Positions 18,749 through 28,892 are shown, counted from the first letter of the stretch. The stretch is 64,000 nt of DNA from Candidatus Bathyarchaeia archaeon (GCA_050010515.1 JBEKKX010000003.1:36902-100901); one strand, 5' to 3'. The notes: generated by a model from the sequence alone, not told the origin. Translations and numbers: made by a program.

Positions 18749-19189
18749 TAGAGGCTCTCCTCAGCCACATAATATCGCCTTTGTGTATTTCATTTTTTCC
18801 ATAACCTAACGCTCGAATTTGTGAAAAACTTAAATGCGCACAACTATTTTGTTCAGAGTTGGATGCGTGGAAGCCATTGGGGTCCACTTATGCCGGTTGG
18901 ATTAAAAGCGTCTAAATGTACTGCTTTTGATAGTCCACCTCCGATTATTGCTTTAGAGTTCCAGCTTGCGAACGGTAAAATCTCAAGTGACCATGAATGC
19001 AAACCGCTTATCGCTGACTTATTTGATGATCCTGCGTTCTCTATGCTAGACATGAAGCAATAAACAACGGTACCATGTTAAGACGGATAGGTGAGTTTTG
19101 AACCAGCACGGTTAAGCGCTGAAGACATGGAGTATACTGCAATACAGCATGTTCTGTAGAAATGACAAAACGATTTATAAAAGCTAAAT

Positions 19190-19753
19190 TTACTCAGTGT
19201 AAACTGGTTGGTCTGCCAATTTAGCTAATGCTATATATCGTTGCTTAACGATTTCATGCAATTGCCTGCGCAGGTTCTCTCCAGCCACATTTCTTTGTTT
19301 TAATAATGCAGCCTTTTTTGCTAATTCTACGTCTCCGAGTCCGTTGAACCAGGCTTCAAAGTCTCCACGTTTTGTATGGAATTCTATTGATGTAATGTCT
19401 GCTTTTTCAACTTTATTGGCAAAATCACGAAGGTTGTGAGCGTGCAAGTTTAGTGGTTTTCCAATGTCAGCGTAGAAGCTGAATGCTTTATCATGTGGCG
19501 AATAAGCCAATATGGCAGTGGCTTTTTCTTTGTTGATTTCCAGTAAACCGAGGGCTTCTTTTCCTTTCTCAGTAATAACATATTGCCCTTTTTCAGGTGA
19601 GCTTACATATCCCATGCGAACTAGCCCTAAAAGATGCATCATGACGGGTGGAAACTCTTTTTTGGTTTCCTTTGCGATTTCGATGGCTTTCATGGGTCTT
19701 TCATATAGTAGCATGGTTTCTAGTATCTCTTGTTTGACGGGTGATAAACTCAT
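19190..19753 (-). CDS. Winged-helix protein with a C-terminal DUF5752-like domain
   Basis: N-terminal EIAKE..HLLGLVRMGYV..YVITEKG; C-terminal FSFY..IGKP..A.NL.DF..SIEFH..RGDFEAWF. Confidence 0.8.
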   Translation of the reverse strand: MSLSPVKQEILETMLLYERPMKAIEIAKETKKEFPPVMMHLLGLVRMGYVSSPEKGQYVITEKGKEALGLLEINKEKATAILAYSPHDKAFSFYADIGKPLNLHAHNLRDFANKVEKADITSIEFHTKRGDFEAWFNGLGDVELAKKAALLKQRNVAGENLRRQLHEIVKQRYIALAKLADQPVYTE

Positions 19754-19839
19754 TTGCAAGCACCTTGCCTGTTAGTGATATGCAGAACTGTCTAATCAAA
19801 CTTTTCCTTAACTCTTTTGAAAATTTTTTTGGTTTCAGG

Positions 19840-19862
19840 TTTGCTTACTGCAAATAAGCAAA
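19840..19862. promoter_or_regulatory. Inverted repeat (candidate operator) between the divergent wHTH-DUF5752 and GT4 genes
   Basis: TTTGCTTA-N7-TAAGCAAA, immediately before a TATA-like TTTAGTATA. Confidence 0.5.
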
Positions 19863-19913
19863 GCTTTAGTATAGTGATTGCCAATGCTAATGGTACATTG
19901 GTGAATACTGAGG

Positions 19914-21164
19914 ATGAAAATTGCTGTTTTCGTTTACGAGTACCCGCCTAAAATAGTTGGTGGACTGGGTACCTATGCAGCGGAAATAACCAGAAAGTTT
20001 GTTTTGGACGATCACGACGTAACCGTTTTTACCATGAATGATGATGCAGGTTCTTTGCCTACTAGAGAAATTTGGCGTGGAATAGAAATTCATCGTCCAT
20101 TGCACATTGACATTTCAGACTCGCTTCCAGACGTGATAGCTGAAGACATTAAAAAATGGGGCAGAGGATTACATTTTTTCGGCAAACTAATGGTTTATAA
20201 TTATTTGTCAGCGGCTAAACTGATCAACGAGTTAATAAAGAAAGAAGGCATGAAATACGACATTGTTGTTGCGCATGATTGGCTTTCCGCTATGGGCGGG
20301 ATCACAGTTAAAAGAGAAACTGGTTTGCCTTTAGCTTTCCATGTTCACTCAACTGAGAAAGGTCGAACCTTAGGAAATGGCTCAGACGTAGTTAGTAACA
20401 TAGAATTGCGGGCGGGCAAAATGGCTGATATGGTTGTAACAGTATCGTACGCCATGAAAGATGAGCTTATACAGCTTGGTTTTCCAAGAGAAAAAATTCA
20501 AGTAAGCTACAACGGTGTTGACCCACAAAAATACAATCCTGAAAACGTTTCTTCCGAGGACATTAAGCGAATCCGAAGCAAATATGGCATAAAAGATAAT
20601 GAGCTAATGATTCTTTTCCTTGGCAGGCTTGTAGGCGTCAAAGGCGTTGATAAACTCATAATGGCGATTCCGCATATTCTAACCAAGATTCCTAATGCAA
20701 GACTTGTAGTTGTAGGTGTAGGCGACCTTCAAGAATACTTAACAAACCTTACTAGAACCATGCGGCTTGGCGAGTACGTTAAATTCTGCTTTGATTTCAT
20801 CCCAGAGGAAGAACGAATACTACATTATGCCGCATGCGACATAGCGGTTTTCCCCAGTCACTATGAACCATTTGGTATTGTAGCTCTTGAAGCGATGAGC
20901 ATGGAGAAGCCAGTTGTAGTTGGCGCCGCTGGCGTCAGCGGAATGCGTGAAATCGTAATTTGCTGCGGTGAAGAACAATGCGGTTACCACGTAGATCCAA
21001 ATAACCCGTCTGATATTGCATGGGGAGTAATCAGCGCTTTAGAAGACCCTGAAAGGCGGAAGGTGCTTGGCAAAAATGGCAGGAAGCGTGTTATAGCCGA
21101 GTTCACTTGGAGCAGAATCGCCGAAAAAACCATCGAACTTTACGAAACAATAGTGAAACGCTGA
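19914..21164 (+). CDS. GT4-family glycosyltransferase (glycogen-synthase-like)
   Basis: EYPP..VGGL, AHDW, HSTE.GR, GRL..KG and EPFGIVALEAM motifs. Confidence 0.9.
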   Translation: MKIAVFVYEYPPKIVGGLGTYAAEITRKFVLDDHDVTVFTMNDDAGSLPTREIWRGIEIHRPLHIDISDSLPDVIAEDIKKWGRGLHFFGKLMVYNYLSAAKLINELIKKEGMKYDIVVAHDWLSAMGGITVKRETGLPLAFHVHSTEKGRTLGNGSDVVSNIELRAGKMADMVVTVSYAMKDELIQLGFPREKIQVSYNGVDPQKYNPENVSSEDIKRIRSKYGIKDNELMILFLGRLVGVKGVDKLIMAIPHILTKIPNARLVVVGVGDLQEYLTNLTRTMRLGEYVKFCFDFIPEEERILHYAACDIAVFPSHYEPFGIVALEAMSMEKPVVVGAAGVSGMREIVICCGEEQCGYHVDPNNPSDIAWGVISALEDPERRKVLGKNGRKRVIAEFTWSRIAEKTIELYETIVKR

Positions 21165-21184
21165 TAAAAACGCTAGGTGAATGA

Positions 21185-21799
21185 TTGATTGTTGACTTTG
21201 ATTTAAAGTGCAGAGTCGCAAGAGAAGCCGCTACTTTACTTTATTTTGGCGCTGAAAAAGAATACAAACAAGCTAAAGAAAAAGCTGCAAAAACTTTGGG
21301 CGCTCACTTTTTGCCTTCTAACCTTGAAGTTGCTCTTGAACTGGACAAAATAGCTGAAGAAAACGAAGGCGCAAAAAGAAAAGAGCGTCTGATTCAAATG
21401 CGAACGGAAGCCCTAAAGATAATGAAGCTTCTTGATGCTTATTGTCCTGTTTTAATCGGGAGCGTTTGGCGGGGAACGATAAGGCAGGGAAGCGACATTG
21501 ACATTGCCGTTTATACGGATGAGCCAGAAGAAATCGTAAAAACCCTCAAAGCTGAGAGAGTTAAAATTTTAAAAACGGCTTGGACTACCGTAAACAAGCG
21601 TGGAATAACTTTAGCGTCATTCCATATATACGCTGAGACTTCAGCTAAACATGGATTCGAGATTGTTGCTCGAAGCTCTGAGGAAGCAGGGAAAAAGAGA
21701 AAATGCGAGGTTTTCGGTGATGAAATGAAGGGTTTAAAGGTTCAGGAACTTGAAAAAGTTTTAAAAACTAACTCAACCCAACAATTCCTACCATCATAA
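21185..21799 (+). CDS. Pol-beta-superfamily nucleotidyltransferase domain protein
   Basis: LIGSVWRG..SDIDI motif. Confidence 0.8.
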   Translation: MIVDFDLKCRVAREAATLLYFGAEKEYKQAKEKAAKTLGAHFLPSNLEVALELDKIAEENEGAKRKERLIQMRTEALKIMKLLDAYCPVLIGSVWRGTIRQGSDIDIAVYTDEPEEIVKTLKAERVKILKTAWTTVNKRGITLASFHIYAETSAKHGFEIVARSSEEAGKKRKCEVFGDEMKGLKVQELEKVLKTNSTQQFLPS

Positions 21800-21878
21800 T
21801 TCCTGCTAAATCTTGTTTTCCATCAAAAAAGCACATAAAGAACATATTTGATATTTATTTTTAATTAACTGATGAAAA

Positions 21879-22259
21879 ATGGCAACGGATAAAAAATCGC
21901 TCAAGAAAATGTTTCCACACCTCTACAAGGAACTTGAAACAGGAGACGTCAAGGTACCAATTAACGCCGTACGAAAAAACCCGCAAGAAGTTGAAGAGGC
22001 TGAGGCTGAAGAAGAGGAATTTGAGCCTACGGTTTTGCCTGATAAGTTGCGCCATTTTAATCCTTGTGCCGTGGATTTTATCCGCCGATGTGACACAGAA
22101 GCGCAAGCGGAAGAAATAATTGCTTACCTGAAGAAGAAAGGAGAAATAACCAAAGAGTATGCTGAAGAACTGCGGTGTCAGCTTAAACGTGAAGGCGTAA
22201 GAAGCTTTGGTCCCAAAAAAGAAGATAACTATTACTTTAGAGAAGGCGGAATTTACTAA
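21879..22259 (+). CDS. Conserved archaeal protein (DUF2095-like)
   Basis: FPHLYKEL..P..VDFIRRCDT..EII.YL..GEI..GVRSFG..YY pattern. Confidence 0.75.
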   Translation: MATDKKSLKKMFPHLYKELETGDVKVPINAVRKNPQEVEEAEAEEEEFEPTVLPDKLRHFNPCAVDFIRRCDTEAQAEEIIAYLKKKGEITKEYAEELRCQLKREGVRSFGPKKEDNYYFREGGIY

Positions 22260-22467
22260 ACGTTTAAGCTTGGAAACCAAAAGATCGTGGCCAATTCAAG
22301 CAATTGATGCTAAAGCTATGCAACATTAATTGCTTTAAGACAATAATGCTACAACTTTTTTCAAGCGCTAGACTTGCTGCTTGTTTATTGGTTTGCCTGT
22401 ATTTTTGTCGGAAAATTAATTAAGTTAGAGTCTGTACAAGAACCTAACAAAAAATAGGTGATAGTTA

Positions 22468-23487
22468 ATGGCTATAAAAGTAGGAATTAACGGATTCGGA
22501 AGAATCGGAAGGCTTCTTTACCGCGCAGCACTTGAACGCAACGCAAAAATTGATTTCGTAGCAATCAACGATCTTGCAGACGCGAAAACAAATGCTCATC
22601 TCCTCAAATATGACTCAATTCACGGGCGCTTCCCCGGCACAGTTGAAGTCATCGGGAATGACATGGTCGTCAACGGAAAAACTCTCAAATGTCTCAGCGT
22701 AAAAGACCCAGTAGCACTGCCATGGAAAGACCTTGGAGTTTACTTAGCAGTAGAATCCACTGGCTTGTTTACCAACCGTGAAGGTGCAAGTAAACATTTT
22801 CAAGCAGGAGCAAAGAAAGTCCTCATTTCAGCGCCAGCAGAAAACCCAGATGCAACCTTTGTGTTAGGCGTAAATGATGAGTCGTATGACCCAGAAAAAC
22901 ACAATATTTTAAGCAATGCTTCATGTACAACAAACTGCCTGGCACCAATCAGCAAGGTATTAGTCGACAACTTTGGCTTAGAAAAAGGCTTAATGACAAC
23001 ATGCCACAGCTACACAAACGACCAAAAAGTCCAAGACCTTGTCCACAAAGACCCACGCAGAGCAAGAGCAGCAGCAATCAACATCATCCCAACAAGCACT
23101 GGTGCAGCAAAAGCAATCGGCTTAGTTTTGCCAAGTTGCGCTGGAAAAATGAATGGCTATTCCCTGCGTGTGCCTACAGCAGACGTGTCCATTGTTGACT
23201 TAACCGCTATATTAGGCAAAGAAGTCACCAGAGACGAAATTAATGCAGCTATGAAGAAAGCCGCAGAAGGTCCCCTTAAAGGCATCTTACAGTACACTGA
23301 AGACCCAATCGTTTCAACCGACGTACTACACAGCACTTACTCAGCAGTCCTAGATGCACAATTAACCATGGTTTTAGGCGAAAAGAGCAACTTCGTTAAA
23401 GTCTTCGCATGGTACGATAACGAATGGGGCTTTAGCAACCGCATGGTTGAATTCATCGAAATGATCGGCAAAAAAGCAGGCTTTTAA
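22468..23487 (+). CDS. gap: Type I (bacterial-type) glyceraldehyde-3-phosphate dehydrogenase
   Basis: [22 protein letters not shown] and WYDNEWG motifs. Confidence 0.97.
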   Translation: MAIKVGINGFGRIGRLLYRAALERNAKIDFVAINDLADAKTNAHLLKYDSIHGRFPGTVEVIGNDMVVNGKTLKCLSVKDPVALPWKDLGVYLAVESTGLFTNREGASKHFQAGAKKVLISAPAENPDATFVLGVNDESYDPEKHNILSNASCTTNCLAPISKVLVDNFGLEKGLMTTCHSYTNDQKVQDLVHKDPRRARAAAINIIPTSTGAAKAIGLVLPSCAGKMNGYSLRVPTADVSIVDLTAILGKEVTRDEINAAMKKAAEGPLKGILQYTEDPIVSTDVLHSTYSAVLDAQLTMVLGEKSNFVKVFAWYDNEWGFSNRMVEFIEMIGKKAGF

Positions 23488-23555
23488 GCAATCAAACAAG
23501 CTTAAATCCTTCCTATCTTTTTCTTTTCTAACTAAACAGAAAGAAGCGAATTAAC

Positions 23556-24788
23556 ATGGCGAAATACAAAACCTTGGATGATTTTGATGTAAAGAACAAA
23601 GTTGTTCTTGTCAGAGTAGATTTCAACTCAGAAATAGATCCTGCAACTAAGAAAGTTACAAGCGACGTACGCATAAAAGCGCATGCTGAATCGACGCTTA
23701 AGGAGCTGGCTGAAAAAGGCGCCAAAACCGTTGTCCTAGCACATCAAGGACGCAAAGGAGACCCAGACTACACATCACTAAAACAACACGCGGAAATACT
23801 GCAAAAAATACTCAAGTGCCCAGTAAAATACGTCGATGATGTCTTTGGTGAAAAAGCAAAAAACGCCATCAAAAACCTGCAAGCCGGAGAAATCCTAGTT
23901 CTTGAAAACGTACGCTCCTGGGATGGAGAAACGAAAAGTGGCACACCAGAACAACAAAGCAAAACTGAACTTGTCCAAAACCTCGCACCACTCGCGGATT
24001 TATTCGTTAACGATGCTTTCGCCGCTGCACACCGTGGACACGTTTCAATGGTTGGCTTCACCGCAGTATTGCCAAGTGCTGCAGGGCGCATAATGGAACG
24101 TGAGCTGAAAAGTTTAAGCAAAGCATTGGAGAAACCTGAGAAGCCTTCAGTGTACGTTATGGGTGGAGCAAAAGCCGATGATAGCCTTGAAATCAGCAAG
24201 TATGTTCTGGGCAACGGCATAGCAGATTATGTGATTGTTGGCGGTGTAACTTCGCAGTTGTTCCTTGCAGCTAAGGGCGTTGATTTGGGCAAGAAGACAA
24301 TGGATTTTCTTGCAAAGAAAGAGTTAACAGGCTTAATTCCAGGCATTAAAGCGTTAATGGAGCAGTATGGCGATAAGGTTGTCGTGCCAGTTGATCTTGC
24401 CTTAGACGTTAATGGTAAACGCAAAGAAATCCCCGTGAGTAAGCTGCCGACTGAATACTCAATTTTTGACATAGGCGCAAAAACCGTCGAGAACTATTCA
24501 AAAATCATTTCAAACGCTAAATCCATCGTTGTCAGCGGACCAATGGGAGTTTACGAGAACAAAGAATTCAACTACGGCACCAAAAAAGTCTTCGAAGCCA
24601 TAGCAAACAGCAAAGCCTTCAGCTTAGCAGGCGGCGGAAACACCATCGCAGCCATACAAGAATATAACCTGAGCAAAAAAATCGGTTACATAAGCACAGC
24701 GGGCGGAGCACTAATCGAATTCTTAATGGGCAAAAAACTGCCAGGCGTTGTGGCGCTAGAAACAGCTACTAAGACTAAGAAAATCTAA
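23556..24788 (+). CDS. pgk: Phosphoglycerate kinase
   Basis: RVDFNS, AHQGR, LENVR, NDAFAAAHR, GGAK and STAGGA motifs. Confidence 0.97.
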   Translation: MAKYKTLDDFDVKNKVVLVRVDFNSEIDPATKKVTSDVRIKAHAESTLKELAEKGAKTVVLAHQGRKGDPDYTSLKQHAEILQKILKCPVKYVDDVFGEKAKNAIKNLQAGEILVLENVRSWDGETKSGTPEQQSKTELVQNLAPLADLFVNDAFAAAHRGHVSMVGFTAVLPSAAGRIMERELKSLSKALEKPEKPSVYVMGGAKADDSLEISKYVLGNGIADYVIVGGVTSQLFLAAKGVDLGKKTMDFLAKKELTGLIPGIKALMEQYGDKVVVPVDLALDVNGKRKEIPVSKLPTEYSIFDIGAKTVENYSKIISNAKSIVVSGPMGVYENKEFNYGTKKVFEAIANSKAFSLAGGGNTIAAIQEYNLSKKIGYISTAGGALIEFLMGKKLPGVVALETATKTKKI

Positions 24789-24812
24789 CTTTCTTTTTCT
24801 TTATTTTTTATT
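24789..24812. terminator. Oligo-T tract between the convergent pgk and HAD genes
   Basis: ctttctttttctttattttttatt directly follows the pgk stop. Confidence 0.5.
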
Positions 24813-24815
24813 GCT

Positions 24816-25559
24816 TTATTTGCTTATTGAAATAATTTCGGTAAGACTTTCGCTGATTGATTGGAGATCTTTTGCAATAAAGTCTGGTTTTTGCAGGCTA
24901 TCCAATAGGTCTTTTAGGGTGTTAAACTGTGACGCAACAAAGACCGTTTTTAGTCCTGCTTGTTTAGCGCCTTTAATGTCCTCGATTGGGCTGTCGCCTA
25001 TGTAAACTGCTTCTTTTGCTTGGACTAGCAGCTTATTTAGCGCGTCTTGGAATATGTGGCTGCTTGGTTTGCGCCAGCCGTTTTCCTCCGAAATCACAAC
25101 CGCATTGAAGAACGTGTTCATTCCAAGTTTTCTTAGGCTTGAGTAGATGACTGGTGCATGGGTGAAGTTTGAGATTAACGCTACTTTGCACTGTTCTTTG
25201 GCTTGTTTGATTAGTTTTTTTGCGCCTGCCCGTAGCTCAAGCATGTCTACGTAGTCTTTGAAGAAAACGTTTAGGGCAGCTTTAATTCGGTAATCATCCG
25301 CCGTCGCCTTAAAGCCTAGATTGCAAAGTGCTTCTGCCACCCAAACTGCGTTGGTTACTTCTCTTAGCTGTTCATAGCGTATTTTGCGGTATTTCTCGTG
25401 CGCTTGTATGTAGGCTTCCAAAAACTTGTCTTTGGCAACATCAAAACCTTCATTCGCCAATGCTGCGTGGAGTTTCTCTCTTGAGGCTTCCATGGTGTAG
25501 TTTCCGCAGTTGACCAGTGTGCCAACGTAATCAAATATTACTGCTTTAATGCATGCCAT
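24816..25559 (-). CDS. HAD-superfamily hydrolase
   Basis: FDYVGTL, ISN, KP and IGDS..DI.GA motifs. Confidence 0.9.
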   Translation of the reverse strand: MACIKAVIFDYVGTLVNCGNYTMEASREKLHAALANEGFDVAKDKFLEAYIQAHEKYRKIRYEQLREVTNAVWVAEALCNLGFKATADDYRIKAALNVFFKDYVDMLELRAGAKKLIKQAKEQCKVALISNFTHAPVIYSSLRKLGMNTFFNAVVISEENGWRKPSSHIFQDALNKLLVQAKEAVYIGDSPIEDIKGAKQAGLKTVFVASQFNTLKDLLDSLQKPDFIAKDLQSISESLTEIISISK

Positions 25560-25561
25560 GT

Positions 25562-26308
25562 TTAGGGTTCTCTCTTTTTCGCTAAGATATTGTTGTCGGC
25601 TACTTGTTGGATTTTTTTGCCAACAGCGGTGTTAAGCAACTTCTCTACGTCACCGATAGCGGCTTCAACCTGTAGGTCAAAGGGAATTTCTCCTAGAAAC
25701 TTTAACTCTAACTTTCCTGTTTCCTCTGCGATGTCTTTTGCCTTGTCCATTTTCATGTTTTCGATGACGCCGATAATTGGCATTTTTAAGTCGCATAGAA
25801 GAATTACTTGTTTTTTTACGGTTTCAAAAGCCAAAAGTGAAGGCGTTGTAACGATTAGGAACTCTATGCGTTTAATCAGCCTTACCAAATCAAGAACTGC
25901 GTCGCCGATGCCTGGCGGCATGTCAATTACGAGAAAATCAAGCGTACCCCACTGCGTAACTGCTAAGAGCTCGATTAAAGCGTTTGAAACATCCGCTCCG
26001 CGCAGTGGTGCTGGTTTATCGCCTACAAAGTAAACAAGCGACATGTATTCTAAGCCGCGAACTATTGGCGGAATTAAGCCTTTTTCCTCTTTCAGCTGCA
26101 CATTTTCAGCGCCGAGGATTATGTGGGTTGATGGGCTGGTGAAGTCTAAGTCGAATAAGCCTACTTTGCAGCCGTTATGTGCCAAGGTTAATGCGAGCGT
26201 GGTTGCAACCATGCTTTTTCCAACCCCGCCTTTGCCGCTTGAAACGGCGATAATTCTGCTTATTCGGCTTAAACGCTCGTTTATCACGCTTGTTCTTGGG
26301 TCAACCAC
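25562..26308 (-). CDS. hypB: Mrp/MinD-family ATPase, Thermococcales-type ATPase HypB
   Basis: SGKGGVGKS and DMPPG motifs; ENM lacks the CxxC of ApbC/Nbp35; directly downstream of hypA. Confidence 0.8.
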   Translation of the reverse strand: MVDPRTSVINERLSRISRIIAVSSGKGGVGKSMVATTLALTLAHNGCKVGLFDLDFTSPSTHIILGAENVQLKEEKGLIPPIVRGLEYMSLVYFVGDKPAPLRGADVSNALIELLAVTQWGTLDFLVIDMPPGIGDAVLDLVRLIKRIEFLIVTTPSLLAFETVKKQVILLCDLKMPIIGVIENMKMDKAKDIAEETGKLELKFLGEIPFDLQVEAAIGDVEKLLNTAVGKKIQQVADNNILAKKREP

Positions 26309-26310
26309 GA

Positions 26311-26709
26311 TTATCTGGCTCCTTTTATGTTCTCAAGCCAAACCCCACGTCCGCTGACGATTTCAAAGTCAGGACTGCCACATTTTGGACACTTAATGTA
26401 ACTGTGAGCTACCTCGGGAACGAAATGGATGGCTTCAGCAGTTTCTTTATCCATTTTTTTACTGTTAAACTGCCAAGTGGTTCCGCAAACCCTACATTTT
26501 AGCGTTGTTTTGGCTTTTAGGATGCGGAATTTAGCGTTCTTAAAAATCGGCGGCTTCATCTGCGAAATAGCAAAACGCAAAATGCCAGCCTCAACTTGCT
26601 GGAGCTCACCAACCCTAATGGTGACCTCTGTAACTTCCTTCAACTTCTCCTTCTCAGCAACCTCTTTCGCGGATGCTATGATTGCTTCAGCTAAAGCCCA
26701 CTCATGCAT
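26311..26709 (-). CDS. hypA: Hydrogenase nickel chaperone HypA
   Basis: MHE N-terminus; CRVC and CPKC; IHFVPE insertion. Confidence 0.95.
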   Translation of the reverse strand: MHEWALAEAIIASAKEVAEKEKLKEVTEVTIRVGELQQVEAGILRFAISQMKPPIFKNAKFRILKAKTTLKCRVCGTTWQFNSKKMDKETAEAIHFVPEVAHSYIKCPKCGSPDFEIVSGRGVWLENIKGAR

Positions 26710-27077
26710 AAACTCTCATTACTTAGCTGACATTTAAAAAGAATATTGCCGACAAGATGAATTTCAAATAAAAATATTGCCTTTCATGTGAATTGCCGAA
26801 CCAAAAAAAGGGGTGAATTTCAACTTTAGAAATATGATTCTGAATGCCAAGCCATGAAGAGCGCTGTTTGCGAAAGTAAAGAGTATCTTTGTTCTCGGTA
26901 GCACCGCTATTTTTTATTGAAGATAAGTCTTAAATCTGAAAAGCGTAGAATAAAAAGCCACCTTTCGCTTGTTGGAAACAAGAGGCAAAAGGCACATAAC
27001 GAAAAAAGTTAAATCTGCTTTGAATACTAATGTGAGATTGAATTTAGTGGCTAATAGGAAATAGAGGAACCCATTAA

Positions 27078-27473
27078 TTGCAGAAGAAAAAAATCTTAAC
27101 GGTTGTTTTAGCAGTGGCAGTAATTATTGCAGCCATTGTTGGCTATGAATTCCTTGTAGTTAATTCGCTTTCAGGTTATACCAAAGTCTCCCTTACGTAT
27201 GCTCAGACCTATTCTATAAAATTTGGCAGTACTGTCTATTACGTAACTTATGATGATGTTCTTAATGGAATTCCCGCAACAATGCCTATTTTTCAAGTGA
27301 CGGCTCAGACGCTTAATAATAACTCAAGCCAGAGTTTCGGAGCAAGTCAAGGAGGTAGACCCAGTTTCGCAGGGCTTCAAATGGTCGTGGGCAGCGTAAA
27401 TTCCAACCAAATGATTCTATATGTCAAGTCTGCCATCTCAAACTCTAAGCCAATAATTTCTCCTGCTACATAA
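27078..27473 (+). CDS. Hypothetical membrane-anchored exported protein
   Basis: KKK followed by a hydrophobic helix, then a S/T/N-rich region; GAGG RBS. Confidence 0.65.
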   Translation: MQKKKILTVVLAVAVIIAAIVGYEFLVVNSLSGYTKVSLTYAQTYSIKFGSTVYYVTYDDVLNGIPATMPIFQVTAQTLNNNSSQSFGASQGGRPSFAGLQMVVGSVNSNQMILYVKSAISNSKPIISPAT

Positions 27474-28109
27474 TAAAAGGCAAAAAAGCGCATAAAGCAA
27501 AAACTCAAAACTATTCAGAAAAATCTTGAAATAACCATCTTTTACTGTCTGGGTAATGATTTTTCCAATTTTCTCTTAATTGTAAGAACTTGAGCGCTGA
27601 ACGGTTAGGGCTATTATCGAGTACATTCAAGGTTTATGGTCTAATTAGTAGCCAGTCCCGTAAAAAGCTTTGTTAACTAAACGTTCAATAACACACATGT
27701 ATGTATTCTTCAACCAACGTTTCACTTGACATAAAAGGCGATAGCGATTAAAATTAATTAAGGATTTAAGGGGACTAAGCATTAGTATCAATACTGACAG
27801 TATGCTTACTTAACAGTATCACTTGGGTGCCTATTTGGATCCTCCTGATGCTCCTAATATAATAGGCTTTTTCAACAAAGTCACCAGTGTTTCTCTTGAC
27901 TAGAGCCCCAAAGCTGGCTGCGTTTTAAGCTCTAAAACAAAAAATCAACCCAAAACAACCCCTGCACAAAACCGCCTACCGATAGACCTACCCTAATATT
28001 TGTAGCAAAAAACCACCACTAAAAGCAAGCAAACGCAACCATACCTTAAAAACAGGCGCTGGATGCCAAATTTTATATTTTCAAGAGGACAGATAACCAT
28101 GAGACCCAT

Positions 28110-28892
28110 ATGCCCTCAGACAAATTCACGATTGAAACAACGCTTGACCAGCAGAAAGCGAAGGAAGCGGTCATCCAAACCCTTGATAACAGGGGCTACA
28201 GGGTTGAAGGGGATTTTGACTCAAGGATAGTTGCTAAACACTCATTCTCAACCACATATTATCCCCATGAAGTTGAAATAATTCTTGATTCGCAGCCTGG
28301 AAAAACAATTATCTCAGCGTCAATTAACCACCGCGCAAGTCAAATGTACCTCAAACGGTTATCTGAAGAGCTCGTTAAGATCCTTCCACCTTTACCAGCA
28401 AGAGTCTTTAATCCCATGGAAAGGCCAACAAGCCAGGATGAACTCAGTTATCAAGTCAAAATGTTGAATCGCAACTTCAACACTGGAGAGCAAGTTATCT
28501 GGAGCCACACGATCGACAAAGGTGTCCTCAGCAAGGAAATAGCTGAAAGATGGATAATCACAAACATGAGGGCTATCAGGCAGTTTCCAGTAACGAAAGA
28601 TAACCCGCAAGAAAAATTTGTAGCCATAGGATGGCTAGACCTCTCAGATTCCGTAGTCATGAATCAATTTCGCAAGTCAAAAGGAAACCGTGTTGGCTCC
28701 TTCGCTGGCGTATACAGCACTGGTGCATTCGTTGGGACAGCTACAGGTATTACTTCCAGCACAAGTATGAGTTATGGAGACATTGTATTCCTTTGCAACG
28801 ACAAAGAAGTATTCCGATTCCAAGGTATAAGCGACCCAAATGAAGTCAACTACCTGATAAAAACCCTTAAAAAAGAATCCACAAAACAATAG
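28110..28892 (+). CDS. Hypothetical protein with a probable C-terminal bacterial PH-like domain
   Basis: GEQVIW..WIITNMRAI..GDIVF..FQGISDPNEV pattern. Confidence 0.6.
   Translation: MPSDKFTIETTLDQQKAKEAVIQTLDNRGYRVEGDFDSRIVAKHSFSTTYYPHEVEIILDSQPGKTIISASINHRASQMYLKRLSEELVKILPPLPARVFNPMERPTSQDELSYQVKMLNRNFNTGEQVIWSHTIDKGVLSKEIAERWIITNMRAIRQFPVTKDNPQEKFVAIGWLDLSDSVVMNQFRKSKGNRVGSFAGVYSTGAFVGTATGITSSTSMSYGDIVFLCNDKEVFRFQGISDPNEVNYLIKTLKKESTKQ

Noticed and set aside
18995-19125. Fluoride-riboswitch-like (AAACCGC..GCTGA) or C/D-box-like (TGATGA..CTGA) words
   Set aside because: The 5' GGxGATGG stem is absent, and the box spacing does not fit an archaeal C/D sRNA.
22298-22335. AAGCAATTGATG...CATTAATTGCTT inverted repeat upstream of gap
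   Set aside because: It is a single AT-rich instance, and I cannot distinguish operator, terminator or chance.
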